61,684 nucleotides of DNA, filler included, from an uncultured bacterium (GCA_964471275.1; 7 parts of 7 records of this genome joined end to end with filler, not necessarily neighbours in it); one strand, 5' to 3'. Shown: positions 50,845 to 61,308, counted from the first letter of the whole stretch. Made by a program: numbers and translations. The notes: generated by a model not told the origin, from the sequence alone.

Positions 50845-51339
50845 ATGGCACGGAGAGGCGTCAACAAAGTGATCCTGATCGGCAATGTCGGGTCAGATCC
50901 GGAATTGAAGTATACGACGAATGGGGCCGGTGTCTCGAACTTCAGCGTCGCTACGAACGAGACGTGGATGGACAAGAACACGAACGAACGCCAGGAGCGC
51001 ACCGAGTGGCATCGGATTGTCGCCTGGGGTCGTCTCGCTGAGATCTGCAATCAGTATCTGAAGAAGGGGAGCAAGGTCTATATCGAGGGCCGTCTGCAGA
51101 CACGTTCGTGGGAAGGTCAGGACGGACAGAAGAGATATACGACCGAAATCGTTGCCGGGGAAATGCAGATGCTCGACTCACGCGAGGACACGGGCGGCTA
51201 CCAGCAGCAACAGCCGGCGGCAGCGTCTTCCGGGCAACCGCAGGGAGGGGCACCATCGGGTGGTCCCCAGCAAGGCCAGCAGGGCGCGGCGCCTGAACCA
51301 CCACCGTTTAACGATCCGGACGATGATCTCCCATTCTAG
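50845..51339 (+). CDS. ssb: Single-stranded DNA-binding protein
   Basis: [31 protein letters not shown], acidic tail DDDLPF. Confidence 0.98.
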   Translation: MARRGVNKVILIGNVGSDPELKYTTNGAGVSNFSVATNETWMDKNTNERQERTEWHRIVAWGRLAEICNQYLKKGSKVYIEGRLQTRSWEGQDGQKRYTTEIVAGEMQMLDSREDTGGYQQQQPAAASSGQPQGGAPSGGPQQGQQGAAPEPPPFNDPDDDLPF

Positions 51340-51705
51340 TGAGCCACAGGAAGCAATCAAGCAGCGTTGACAGGAGCAATCGGGCGCCTCGATTGCGATC
51401 ACCAAGATCGCATGATCGAGGCGCTATTCTTTTTCCTCGTAGACTGTTCCGTTGATGATGTGGCGACAGATCTGCTCCAGGTTGTCGGCACAGGCCCCGA
51501 AGAAACGCTCCCTCTTTTCTGCCGATCCCGATCGCGAATCTCCGATTGCGCTCCGCACCGTGCGCCGATCAATACGCTGATAGGTTCTGATGCTCGTTAC
51601 CGCGGGCGACGCTGTCTGGCCGTCGATGTGGAACCGTTCAGGTTTAACAGTTCCCGGATGCATCGACAAGATCATCGATGTCTCTGTCTCCCCCGCGTGA
51701 CCGGA

Positions 51706-52107
51706 TCACTTTGAACCCGCCTCCTGAATCTGATCGAGATCCGTCATTACTCGCTGCAGCAGAACGCCGATGTTGGCTTCGTTGCCGCCGTGCGTGTTGA
51801 TTAGCATGAATCGGGTGAATCCCTGTGAGGCCATCGATGCCAGAACATCGAACATCATGGCGAGATGTGTTTCCGAAGAGGCGGATATTGTGCCGGCCTA
51901 TTTTATGTGGTGTTGGGAGTAGCCGAGCCAGAGAACGGGCAGCACCAGGATCTGATCCTCAAGCCGTGTGTTGAGGTGGTCGACACATTCCTGCGCGATC
52001 ATCGAGTCAGTGAATACGGGTAAGTGATCGTTGTGCTGTTCCAGAGAGGCGACAGAGAAGACGACTACCGTGTCGCGTGAGAGTGCGTCAACGTTGGGAG
52101 ACGTCAC
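51706..52107 (-). pseudogene. Creatininase/creatinine amidohydrolase family, premature stop and truncated
   Basis: SLEQHNDHLPVFTD, GYSQHH, in-frame TAG at 51898-51900, then GTIS...INTHGGN; C-terminal half absent. Confidence 0.8.
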
Positions 52108-52957
52108 GTAAGCGAGTTTTACGGGTTACTCCTCTGACGGGTGGGTTGCTTCCCACGCAAAAAGTACAGATTCCTTCGAGGGTGGCGCCAATGCACCTCA
52201 CCTGACGGGGTCCGGAGGGCGTTGTCATAGGACGTCGGAGCCCGCAGGAACACGCCGATGCGAACCCCAGCGGCCTGCGACGAACCGAGAAAAGAGGGGC
52301 AGAGCGTGCAGGGGGGGCGTGAAGTTTGAGCGTGCCTGGCCAGAGAGGGGGTATCACGCGAGGCGGGAGGTGCGCATCAGCGAGAGTCTACCCGGCGAGA
52401 TACCTGATCAATTCTATCGCTACGGTGAGATATGCCAGGGTTGTGAGGATTTGTGCCGTCCGTTTGAACCACTATCCATATGTAAACTATAGGGATAAGC
52501 TGTCGTGTGTTGCACATTTTGATGTTCAGGCGCAGCCGAACCTGCCGATAGCCGTACAGAGCGGCACAGGATGTGCCCTTCCTTTTTGAAGCGTCCCGAA
52601 GCGAGTGAACTCCGCTGGTCTCCGGGACGCTTTCTCTTGTACTGGGGTGGCCCGATTCTGGGGGTAGACGGTTGAATGATGTGGACTTCAGATCAGCGCA
52701 GACGCCTGGGCGGAACACTGGATTGGTGAGACACGGCGTGGAGATACTCTCTCGTGCTCGGAAGGAGTAGGGCCCAGATCCACCTGAACTTGTGCACGAC
52801 TCTACTCCGTAGTAATCTACAGGGAAGAGCACGTCGTTTCCGGTAGGCACGTATGGATCGCCTTGTCTATGCACGGATGTCAGCAGGAAATGGTTCCAGA
52901 AATCGATGGTATACCCGCGGAGCAGGCAGTGATCACTTTGTTCAAAAGGATGATGGT

Positions 52958-53057
52958 NNNNNNNNNNNNNNNNNNNNNNNNNNNNNNNNNNNNNNNNNNN
53001 NTTAATTAATTAANNNNNNNNNNNNNNNNNNNNNNNNNNNNNNNNNNNNNNNNNNNN
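52958..53057. other. Artificial contig spacer
   Basis: N-TTAATTAATTAA-N linker. Confidence 0.98.
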
Positions 53058-53789
53058 ATGATCTACCCGGCAACGGCCTGTCTCGTCCAGAACGACATCG
53101 GCGCCGACAATGCCTGGGGTTTCGACCTCTCGGCCGCCTGCGCGGGCTTTGTCTACGCGATGATGGTCGGCGCGCAGTTCATACAGGCCGGAACACATAA
53201 AAAGGTGCTGGTGATCGGTGGCGACAAGATGACCTCCACCATCGACTACACAGACCGGAATACCTGTATCCTCTTTGGTGATGGCGCAGGGGCTGTCCTC
53301 CTTGAACCTACGGATGACGACCACTGTATACAGGATTTTATCTTCCACGTAGACGGTTCGGGTGGCGAGCATCTCTGCCAGCCAGGTGGAGGGAGTCTGC
53401 ATCCCGCCACTCACGAGACCGTGGACAAGAGGATGCATTACATCAAACAGAATGGCCGTGCGGTCATGAAGTTTGCCAGCACCAACATGGCCGATGTATC
53501 TGCCCGGATCCTCGAGCGGAATAATCTGACCGCCGATGATATTAAGCTGCTGGTTCCCCACCAGGCGAACAAGCGTATCATCTCGGCAGCCGCACGACGA
53601 ATGAAACTCTCCGAAGACAAGATCCTCATCAACATCGATCGGTACGGAAACACAACGGACGCTACGGTGCCCATCGCCCTCTGGGAGGCTGTGGACACAG
53701 GTCGTATCGAGCGCGGAGACTATATCGTCATGGCGACTGCAGGGGGCGGCTACGCGTGGGGAAGTGCCCTCATCAAATGGGCTTATTGA
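53058..53789 (+). CDS. fabH: Beta-ketoacyl-ACP synthase III, 5' truncated
   Basis: AACAGF, LFGDGAGA, PHQANKRI, YGNT. Confidence 0.96.
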   Translation: MIYPATACLVQNDIGADNAWGFDLSAACAGFVYAMMVGAQFIQAGTHKKVLVIGGDKMTSTIDYTDRNTCILFGDGAGAVLLEPTDDDHCIQDFIFHVDGSGGEHLCQPGGGSLHPATHETVDKRMHYIKQNGRAVMKFASTNMADVSARILERNNLTADDIKLLVPHQANKRIISAAARRMKLSEDKILINIDRYGNTTDATVPIALWEAVDTGRIERGDYIVMATAGGGYAWGSALIKWAY

Positions 53790-53801
53790 GAGTGTAGCTG
53801 T

Positions 53802-54722
53802 ATGGCGACCGCATTCCTCTTTCCCGGCCAGGCATCACAATTTGTGGGTATGGGGAAGGATCTATACGACGCGTCACCGGTGGCCGTCCGGGTCTTTGAC
53901 CTCGCCGACTCCGTTCTCGACATACGCATCAAATCATTCTGTTTCTGCGGTCCGGAGGAGTCGCTCCGCCAGACGGCAGTCACGCAGCCGGCCGTATTCA
54001 CACACAGCGTCGCCGCGCTCGAAATGATGCGGGAAGCTGGTCTGCAGCCCGACATCGTGGCCGGTCACAGCGTCGGCGAGCTGGCGGCTCTGGTGGCAGC
54101 GGGTGTCATCAGCATCGAGGACGGTCTTCGCCTCGTCAGCGTGCGCGCTCAAGCCATGTCAGCAGCAGCGAAACAGCGGCAGGGCAGCATGGTCGCCATC
54201 ATCGGTCTTGGCGATGATGATGTACAGCTGCTTTGCGATGAAGCATCCGAATCAGGCGTTGTTCGGCCGGCGAACTTCAATTGCCCGGGTCAGACGGTCA
54301 TCTCGGGAGACGAGCGAGGGATCAAACGAGCCCTCGAGCTTGCGAGAGAGAAGGGCGCAAAAAGGGCGTTGGAACTTCCGGTCTCCGGAGCCTTTCACTC
54401 CGATTTGATGAAGCCCGCTGTGGAACCACTTTCCGCGGCACTCGAGGATATCACGTTCTCTCCTCCCAGGGTCCCCGTTGTCACAAACGTGACAGCGGAG
54501 CCAACGACGGATCCGGACGAGCTAAAGCGACTTCTGATTGAGCAGGTTATCTCCCCTGTTCGTTGGACGGAGTCGATCCTCCGCATCGCATCTCGGGGGG
54601 CCGACAGGGCCTATGAAGTCGGTCCGGGTAGCACGCTCAAAGGGCTGGTGCGTAGGATAGACAGAAGTATCGCGATGGAAACAGCGGGCACGATCGAGGA
54701 TATTGAGAGGGTGATCGGCTGA
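53802..54722 (+). CDS. fabD: Malonyl-CoA:ACP transacylase
   Basis: FPGQASQ, GHSVGE, VSGAFHS, PVRW. Confidence 0.97.
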   Translation: MATAFLFPGQASQFVGMGKDLYDASPVAVRVFDLADSVLDIRIKSFCFCGPEESLRQTAVTQPAVFTHSVAALEMMREAGLQPDIVAGHSVGELAALVAAGVISIEDGLRLVSVRAQAMSAAAKQRQGSMVAIIGLGDDDVQLLCDEASESGVVRPANFNCPGQTVISGDERGIKRALELAREKGAKRALELPVSGAFHSDLMKPAVEPLSAALEDITFSPPRVPVVTNVTAEPTTDPDELKRLLIEQVISPVRWTESILRIASRGADRAYEVGPGSTLKGLVRRIDRSIAMETAGTIEDIERVIG

Positions 54723-55465
54723 TGCGTCTCGAAGACAAACACGCCATCGTAACCGGAGGTAGCCGCGGGATCGGTCGGGCAATCGCACTGAGGCTTGCGG
54801 ACGAAGGTGCAAACGTAGCCGTCTGTGCGAGCCAAAATCTTGACTCAGCCGAAACTGTTGCGGAAGAAATTCGGGCAAAGGGCCGCAAAGCCGTCGCCGC
54901 CAAAGGTGATGTGTCGGTTGCCGCAGAAGTCGATTCATTGATGACGGACGTGCTGGATGATTTTCCCGGCGTCGACATTCTGGTCAACAACGCCGGTATC
55001 AACCGGGACGGGCTGTTGATGCGGATGAAGGAGGAGGATTGGGACGCTGTCCTTGACGTGAATCTCAAGGGTGCCTTCCTCTGTACAAAGGCGATATCCC
55101 GCACGATGATGAAGGCGAGATCAGGCAGAATCATCAACCTCTCCTCCGTCGTCGGCATCACGGGGAACGCCGGACAGGGCAATTATTCAGCCTCGAAGGC
55201 CGGTTTGCTCGGATTCACGAAATCGACTGCCAAGGAACTCGCCGGAAGGGGAATCACGGTAAATGCCGTATGTCCGGGATTCATACCGACCGATATGACA
55301 GAATCTATGCCTGATCAGGCGAAGGAAGCGCTTCTGGACCTGATCCCAATGGGACGACTCGGAACGACTGAGGACATCGCAGCCGCGGTGGCCTTTCTTG
55401 CCTCCGATGATGCTGCCTACATCACGGGTCAAGCGATCGTGGTAGACGGTGGCATGGTGATGTAA
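54722..55465 (+). CDS. fabG: 3-oxoacyl-ACP reductase
   Basis: TGGSRGIG, NNAGI, YSASK. Confidence 0.97.
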   Translation: MRLEDKHAIVTGGSRGIGRAIALRLADEGANVAVCASQNLDSAETVAEEIRAKGRKAVAAKGDVSVAAEVDSLMTDVLDDFPGVDILVNNAGINRDGLLMRMKEEDWDAVLDVNLKGAFLCTKAISRTMMKARSGRIINLSSVVGITGNAGQGNYSASKAGLLGFTKSTAKELAGRGITVNAVCPGFIPTDMTESMPDQAKEALLDLIPMGRLGTTEDIAAAVAFLASDDAAYITGQAIVVDGGMVM

Positions 55466-55515
55466 CGACAGGATCCACTTAACCCCGGGCACAGACCCGA
55501 TAGCAGGAGGTAACG

Positions 55516-55758
55516 ATGGCCGACGACAGCCAGCAGAAAGTGATCGACCTCATTGTCGACCAGCTTGGTGTCGACGCTGACAACGTGACACCAGAGGCCC
55601 ACTTTATCGATGATCTGGGAGCGGACTCGCTCGACACGGTCGAATTGGTGATGGCGTTTGAGGAAGAGTTTGACATCGAAATCCCGGACGAAGACGCTGA
55701 AAAACTCGAATCGGTTGGAAACGCAATCGAGTATCTGAACAAGCGTCTGAGCGAATAA
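55516..55758 (+). CDS. acpP: Acyl carrier protein
   Basis: [27 protein letters not shown]. Confidence 0.98.
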   Translation: MADDSQQKVIDLIVDQLGVDADNVTPEAHFIDDLGADSLDTVELVMAFEEEFDIEIPDEDAEKLESVGNAIEYLNKRLSE

Positions 55759-55766
55759 CCAGGCAG

Positions 55767-57032
55767 GTGGCTGTGAAAAGAGATCGCCGCGTAGTCATAA
55801 CGGGGCTCGGAACGCTCGCGCCCAACGGTTCGACCACGGAATCGTACTGGAATGCGTTGTTGAGCGGTCAGACAGGGATTGGTCGAATAGAAAGGTTCGA
55901 CACGACGGATTTCCGTGTCCAGATCGGAGCAGAAGTCAAAGACTTCACGCCAGAGGACTACGGAATGGACAGGAAGTTTGTCCGTCGGGCCGATCTCTTT
56001 ACCCAGTATACGATCGCTGCTTCCTACATGGCCGTCGCCGACGCCGGGTTGGACAAGGAGGGCGCAGTCGTTCCCGAGCGACTGGGTGTCGTCTACGGAT
56101 CCGGCATCGGAGGTATCCAGACCTTCGAAACACAGCACACTGCCCTGATGAAAGGCGGCCCTCGCAAAGTCAGCCCTTTCTTCATCCCGATGATGATCGC
56201 CGACATGACATCGGGTCAGGCATCCATTCGGTTTGGTGCAAAAGGACCGAACTACACGACGGTAACGGCCTGCGCATCAGGAACACACGCCATCGGCAAC
56301 GCGGCTCGCGAGATCCGGGATGACGAGGCAGACGTGATGATCACGGGGGGCGCGGAAGCCGCCATCACACCGATGTCGTTGGGCGGGTTCGCGGCGCTGC
56401 ACGCGCTCTCCACCCGGAATGACGATCCGGACCGGGCAAGCCGCCCCTTCGACGCGGAGCGAGACGGTTTTGTGCTCGGCGAAGGCGCGGGGACGGTGAT
56501 CCTGGAAGAACTCCAGCACGCGAGGGATCGTGGCGCTACGATATACGGTGAAATCACAGGGATGGGCTACACCGGAGACGCGCACCACATCACCGACATG
56601 GCACCCGACGGTGAGGGCGGGGCACGGGCACTTCGCCGGGCCTTGCGGCGGGCAGAACTGGATCCCTCCGACATCGACTACGTCAATGCACACGGCACCT
56701 CGACGCCTGTTGGTGACAAGAATGAATCTGCTGCGATCCGGAGTGTGTTGGGCAGCCACGCTGATTCGGTGTGCGTCAGTTCGACAAAATCGATGACCGG
56801 GCACCTGCTCGGGGCATCTGGCGCGATCGAATCGATTGCTTGCGTACTCGCCGCTCAGAACAACACCGTCCCACCGACCGTCAACTACGAAAACCCGGAT
56901 CCAGAGTGCGACCTGGACTATGTCCCGAACGAGGCGCGTGACACGACCGTTGACGTTGCGGTCAACAATTCGTTCGGGTTCGGCGGCCACAATGCTGTCT
57001 TGATCATAGAGAAGTATCGGGAGAGCCACTAA
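55767..57032 (+). CDS. fabF: Beta-ketoacyl-ACP synthase II
   Basis: TACASG, HGTST, KSMTGHLLG, NSFGFGGHN. Confidence 0.97.
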   Translation: MAVKRDRRVVITGLGTLAPNGSTTESYWNALLSGQTGIGRIERFDTTDFRVQIGAEVKDFTPEDYGMDRKFVRRADLFTQYTIAASYMAVADAGLDKEGAVVPERLGVVYGSGIGGIQTFETQHTALMKGGPRKVSPFFIPMMIADMTSGQASIRFGAKGPNYTTVTACASGTHAIGNAAREIRDDEADVMITGGAEAAITPMSLGGFAALHALSTRNDDPDRASRPFDAERDGFVLGEGAGTVILEELQHARDRGATIYGEITGMGYTGDAHHITDMAPDGEGGARALRRALRRAELDPSDIDYVNAHGTSTPVGDKNESAAIRSVLGSHADSVCVSSTKSMTGHLLGASGAIESIACVLAAQNNTVPPTVNYENPDPECDLDYVPNEARDTTVDVAVNNSFGFGGHNAVLIIEKYRESH

Positions 57033-57096
57033 GGAGAGCATTATCGGAATCCTGGGACGCATCTCTCGCCTCTTCGGGAGTGAACAGCAGCATCGA

Positions 57097-57780
57097 TTGG
57101 CTGGTCTTCAGGACCGGTTGCACTATCGCTTCAAAGACACAGATTTACTGGATCTTGCCCTGCGCCACCGTTCATTCGTCTATTCGAACGAGGAGGAGGG
57201 CATCACTTCGAACGAGCGTCTCGAATTCCTCGGTGACGCCGTGCTCGACCTCATCGTCACCGAAGACCTCTTCAGGCGCCACCCGAGCAAACGAGAGGGA
57301 GAGCTTACCCAGATCAAATCGCTGCTGGTCAGCAAGGCCGTACTCGCACAGAAAGCTCGTGAGATCGGTATCGGGGACTTCCTCTACCTCAGCCGGGAAG
57401 AGGATCTGGCCGGTGGCAGAGGACGAACATCGATTCTGGGCGATGGGTTTGAGGCCGTTCTTGGTGCGATCTACCTGGACGGGGGTCTGGAACCCGCGCA
57501 AGGATTCGTCACGGCCCATCTCCTGCGCAACCAGGAAGAGATCACATCTGACGGAACCTACCTGAACTTCAAGAGCGCCCTCCTGGAGCACGCACAGAGT
57601 GAGGGACAGGGGCACCCCCGCTACCTCGTCCACGCCGAGGAGGGTCCGGATCATCGCAAAACATTCACGGTGGAAGTGCTCGTAGCCGGGGACCGAGTCG
57701 GACTGGGACAGGGGCGCTCGAAGAAAGAGGCGCAACAGATGGCCGCCAGAGAGGCACTGGAGCACCTCGGTGTCGAATGA
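57097..57780 (+). CDS. rnc: Ribonuclease III (true start may lie upstream, see findings)
   Basis: NERLEFLGDAVL, DGFEAVLGAIYLD, dsRBD GRSKKEAQQMAA. Confidence 0.97.
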   Translation: MAGLQDRLHYRFKDTDLLDLALRHRSFVYSNEEEGITSNERLEFLGDAVLDLIVTEDLFRRHPSKREGELTQIKSLLVSKAVLAQKAREIGIGDFLYLSREEDLAGGRGRTSILGDGFEAVLGAIYLDGGLEPAQGFVTAHLLRNQEEITSDGTYLNFKSALLEHAQSEGQGHPRYLVHAEEGPDHRKTFTVEVLVAGDRVGLGQGRSKKEAQQMAAREALEHLGVE

Positions 57781-58657
57781 CGGGGCCAAGCAGGATACAC
57801 AGTCCTGGCGTTTCCTGAACACGGCGTTCGGAAACGCTTTTTTCAATATGGCTGTGGATGAGCAGTTGGTCCGATCCGTTTCGACGGGAGATTCCCGCCC
57901 TGCGGTCCGTGTTTTCGGATGGTCGCCACCGGCTGTGTCATTCGGGTATGCCCAGGCGATCGGCAATGAAGTAGATCTGGCGGAAGCCGACCGACGGGGT
58001 ATCGAGATCGTTCGACGGCCTACCGGTGGACGCGCAGTTCTTCACTGGAATGAATTGACGTACAGCGTGGTCTGCCCGAGCGCTCATCTCCTCCTGGGCG
58101 GCAGTATCGCAGAGGTCTATCGCGCGATCAGCGGGTGCCTGGTGGCCGGGCTAACGGATCTGGGCATCGAGGTTCGGCTGGAGCCCGGTCACTCACCTGT
58201 TCCATCGCCACGCGGTAACGGCTTGACCTCGCCGTGTTTCTCGAGCACATCCCAGTATGAGATCACGTTAGGTGGAAGAAAACTCATCGGTAGCGCTCAG
58301 CGGCGTATCGGCGAAACCGTCCTGCAGCACGGATCCCTGCTAATTGGCCCGGAACATAAACAGGTCGTGGATCTGATGCCGGGGGGCCACGAACGGGCGA
58401 AGAGTGCCTACAGGAAGCAGCTCGAGCTTCAGACCATATCCCTGCAAGAGGCCGGATACGCCGAACTCGGGTTCGAAGATCTGGCAGACGGGATCCGGTC
58501 AGGATTCGAGAAGACGCTGTCCTGTGAATTGCTGGACCTACCGTTGTCGGCAGACGAGAAATCGGGTGTTCAGGATCTCATATCCGTGAAATACGGCACA
58601 CCGGACTGGAATCACCGAGATCGCTCCGCCGAGGTGACCAGACGACTAAGCGTCTGA
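57770..58657 (+). CDS. Lipoate-protein ligase / octanoyltransferase (LplA/LipM-like)
   Basis: NMAVDE, VRRPTGGRAVLH, KLIGSAQRR, LQHGSL. Confidence 0.9.
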   Translation: MSNDGAKQDTQSWRFLNTAFGNAFFNMAVDEQLVRSVSTGDSRPAVRVFGWSPPAVSFGYAQAIGNEVDLAEADRRGIEIVRRPTGGRAVLHWNELTYSVVCPSAHLLLGGSIAEVYRAISGCLVAGLTDLGIEVRLEPGHSPVPSPRGNGLTSPCFSSTSQYEITLGGRKLIGSAQRRIGETVLQHGSLLIGPEHKQVVDLMPGGHERAKSAYRKQLELQTISLQEAGYAELGFEDLADGIRSGFEKTLSCELLDLPLSADEKSGVQDLISVKYGTPDWNHRDRSAEVTRRLSV

Positions 58658-58729
58658 GCGTGCAAAATCTCGTTCTCGGGACAGCGCACCTCCTTACACC
58701 CCCTTAGGAGTGAGCCTCGACGAAAATCG

Positions 58730-59092
58730 TTGCTCCTTGTGGCAATCATCGTCGGAGTCTCCGTGTCCTTCGCCTATGGGTTGGACTCTCTTCCCACAGG
58801 GCAGTTGACAGGGGGACTGTTGATCGGTGCCGTAACCGATTATTTGCTCCCCACACGGTATGAGCTCGGTCTCGAGGGTATCCGGATCTCACGGATCGGG
58901 ACCTCACGGTTTCTACAGTGGGAGACGATCAAACCAGCAGATCGGCAGCCGGATGGGGTGTTCTTGAGCCCACATTCGGAGCCACATAGATTGGATACCT
59001 TCCGAGGCTGCTTTGTACGATATCCCGATGCCGAGGCATCGCACGCGATACGTCAGACCATACAGAACTATCTTGATGATAACGCGTTTTAA
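58730..59092 (+). CDS. Hypothetical membrane protein (start uncertain)
   Basis: Two TM segments, then YLLPTRYEL, GVFLSP, RLDTFRG. Confidence 0.65.
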   Translation: MLLVAIIVGVSVSFAYGLDSLPTGQLTGGLLIGAVTDYLLPTRYELGLEGIRISRIGTSRFLQWETIKPADRQPDGVFLSPHSEPHRLDTFRGCFVRYPDAEASHAIRQTIQNYLDDNAF

Positions 59093-59113
59093 AATCAGGA
59101 CGTCCTGACTATC

Positions 59114-59449
59114 TTGACGACCGATTCCGAACATAACTGGCGCGAGCGTATCAGACACGCCTTCTCGGTAGATGACGTTGCGGCCGCGCTCACCGATGCA
59201 GATCGCGATCTCATCGAGCGTCTGTCTCAATTCATCGTGGATCGCGGACTCCGTGCGCCGGCAACGGCAGCACTGGAGGCCAGTCGGCCTTACACTTTCT
59301 TGGGAAGCCAATTCCTCCTATTCATGAAACCGTTTGCGCACATCGCCCTTCCCGGTCCAGACTACGACCGCTTCACCCGGCTGATCGAGAACCGCACGAG
59401 CATCGACGTGATCCTCGACGAAATCGAAAAGGCAGACAGTGGCGTCTGA
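59114..59449 (+). CDS. Conserved hypothetical protein
   Basis: Compact ORF overlapping the glmL start; LEASRPYTFLGSQFL. Confidence 0.7.
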   Translation: MTTDSEHNWRERIRHAFSVDDVAAALTDADRDLIERLSQFIVDRGLRAPATAALEASRPYTFLGSQFLLFMKPFAHIALPGPDYDRFTRLIENRTSIDVILDEIEKADSGV

Positions 59450-61220
59450 GTTGAGCGTCGTCATCGCAACAGATTGCGGAAGCACCACCACCAAGGCGAT
59501 CTTGATCGAGAAAGTGGATGGTGTATACCGGCAGACCTTTCGGGGAGAGGCACCCACGACGGTCGAAGCCCCGATTGAGGACGTCACCCGCGGCGTCATC
59601 AACGCAATCGAAGAAGTCGAAGAGCTTTCCGGAAGATCGATCCTCTCGAACGGCGGCTTGATCACGCCTTCTGCTGATGCTCGTGGCGTAGACGCTTTCA
59701 TCTCCACGAGCAGCGCCGGCGGCGGACTCCAGATGATGGTCGGCGGGGTGGTGTCCGCCATGACCGGCGAGAGTGCCCAGCGCGCTGCGCTCGGTGCAGG
59801 TGCGATCGTTACCGACATCCTAGCCTCGAACGACGGACGTCTCCCGCACCAGAAGATCGAACGTATTCGAAATCTCCGACCCGACATGGTTCTTCTGTCA
59901 GGGGGCACGGATGGGGGGACAATCAGCCACGTTGTCGAACTGGCGGAATTCATCGCCGCGGCCGATCCGAAGCCCCGCTTTGGGTCAGGCTACAGCCTTC
60001 CCGTCGTCTACGCCGGCAACCGGGATGCGACCGAGGACGTATCCCGGGCCCTTGGCGACAAGATGGCACTGACCGTCACAGACAACCTGCGACCGACCCT
60101 CGAACAGGAAAACCTCGGTCCCGCACGTGACGCGATTCACGACCTCTTTCTCGAACACGTCATGGCACAGGCCCCCGGCTATCCGGCCCTGATTGAGATG
60201 GCGAACGCACCGATCGTGCCAACACCTGGCGCGGTCGGCCGGATGATGCAGAGCGTTGCCCGCAGCAGAAACATCAATGTGCTCGGCGTTGACATCGGCG
60301 GCGCGACGACCGATGTCTTCAGCGTCTTCAACACCGTGTTCAACCGGAGCGTGAGCGCAAACCTCGGCATGTCCTACAGCGTCTCGAATGTCCTCGCCGA
60401 AGCAGGGCTGGACGATATCTTGCGCTGGGTGCCCTTCGAAGTCGACGAAGCTGACCTGAGAGATCGGATCAAGAACAAGATGATCCGTCCGACGACGATA
60501 CCGCAGACACTCGAAGAGCTCCAGATCGAACAGGCCATTGCTCGGGAGGCGCTCCGTCTTGCCTTCGAGCAGCATCGACAACTGGCCGTCGGTCTCAAAG
60601 GTGTGCAGTCGGAGCGAGACCTGTCGGATGTGTTCGAGCAGTCGTCAACTGGGGAGAGTCTCGTCTCCCTGATGTCACTCGACATGATCATTGCGAGCGG
60701 CGGTGTCCTCTCACACGCTCCTCGGAGATCGCAGACAGCGGCGATGCTGATCGACGCCTTCCTGCCGGAGGGCATCACCCGGCTCGCCGTGGACAGCATC
60801 TTTATGATGCCTCACCTCGGTGTGCTGTCGACGATCCACGAGCAGGCGGCAAACGAAGTCTTCGATCACGACTGCCTGATCGACCTGGGCACCTGCATCG
60901 CACCGGTCGGATCTGGGAGCGTGGACCAGCCGTGTCTCGAGTACGAGATTCAATCAGCGGAGGGCCAAACGTCAGGCGCCCTTAGGCCGGGCGAAATTCT
61001 GCAGATCCCGCTGGCAGGTAATGCGGAAGTGACACTCTCGCCCGGTCGAGGTTTCGACGTGGGAGCCGGTAAGGGTCAACCCACAAACGCCAGAGTCGTG
61101 GGGGGTGAAGTGGGCCTCGTGCTTGATGGCCGTGGACGTCCCCTCACGTTTTTCGATGATCCACAGCAGCGCTCGACATTGCCGGAAAGATGGGCAAACT
61201 CGCTCGATCTGTATACGTGA
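59439..61220 (+). CDS. glmL: Glutamate mutase L (GlmL / clostridial MutL) family actin-like ATPase
   Basis: DCGSTTTK, TSSAGGGL, LSGGTDGG, PTPGAV, DIGGATTDVFS, SGGVLSH. Confidence 0.85.
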   Translation: MASELSVVIATDCGSTTTKAILIEKVDGVYRQTFRGEAPTTVEAPIEDVTRGVINAIEEVEELSGRSILSNGGLITPSADARGVDAFISTSSAGGGLQMMVGGVVSAMTGESAQRAALGAGAIVTDILASNDGRLPHQKIERIRNLRPDMVLLSGGTDGGTISHVVELAEFIAAADPKPRFGSGYSLPVVYAGNRDATEDVSRALGDKMALTVTDNLRPTLEQENLGPARDAIHDLFLEHVMAQAPGYPALIEMANAPIVPTPGAVGRMMQSVARSRNINVLGVDIGGATTDVFSVFNTVFNRSVSANLGMSYSVSNVLAEAGLDDILRWVPFEVDEADLRDRIKNKMIRPTTIPQTLEELQIEQAIAREALRLAFEQHRQLAVGLKGVQSERDLSDVFEQSSTGESLVSLMSLDMIIASGGVLSHAPRRSQTAAMLIDAFLPEGITRLAVDSIFMMPHLGVLSTIHEQAANEVFDHDCLIDLGTCIAPVGSGSVDQPCLEYEIQSAEGQTSGALRPGEILQIPLAGNAEVTLSPGRGFDVGAGKGQPTNARVVGGEVGLVLDGRGRPLTFFDDPQQRSTLPERWANSLDLYT

Positions 61221-61308
61221 GCGAGTAAGAAGAACACACTCGAATCGATCAACGTTCATCCGCGACCCGTGATGTCCGGTCGCGTCGTACACTTCTCAGG
61301 AGGCGCGC

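Noticed and set aside
51424..51675. 83-aa minus-strand ORF between ssb and the creatininase remnant
   Set aside because: No recognisable motif and a competing plus ORF; cannot support either
59439..61220. DNA mismatch-repair MutL
   Set aside because: Motifs are actin-like (DxGSTTTK, DIGGATTD), not GHKL; only the name is shared
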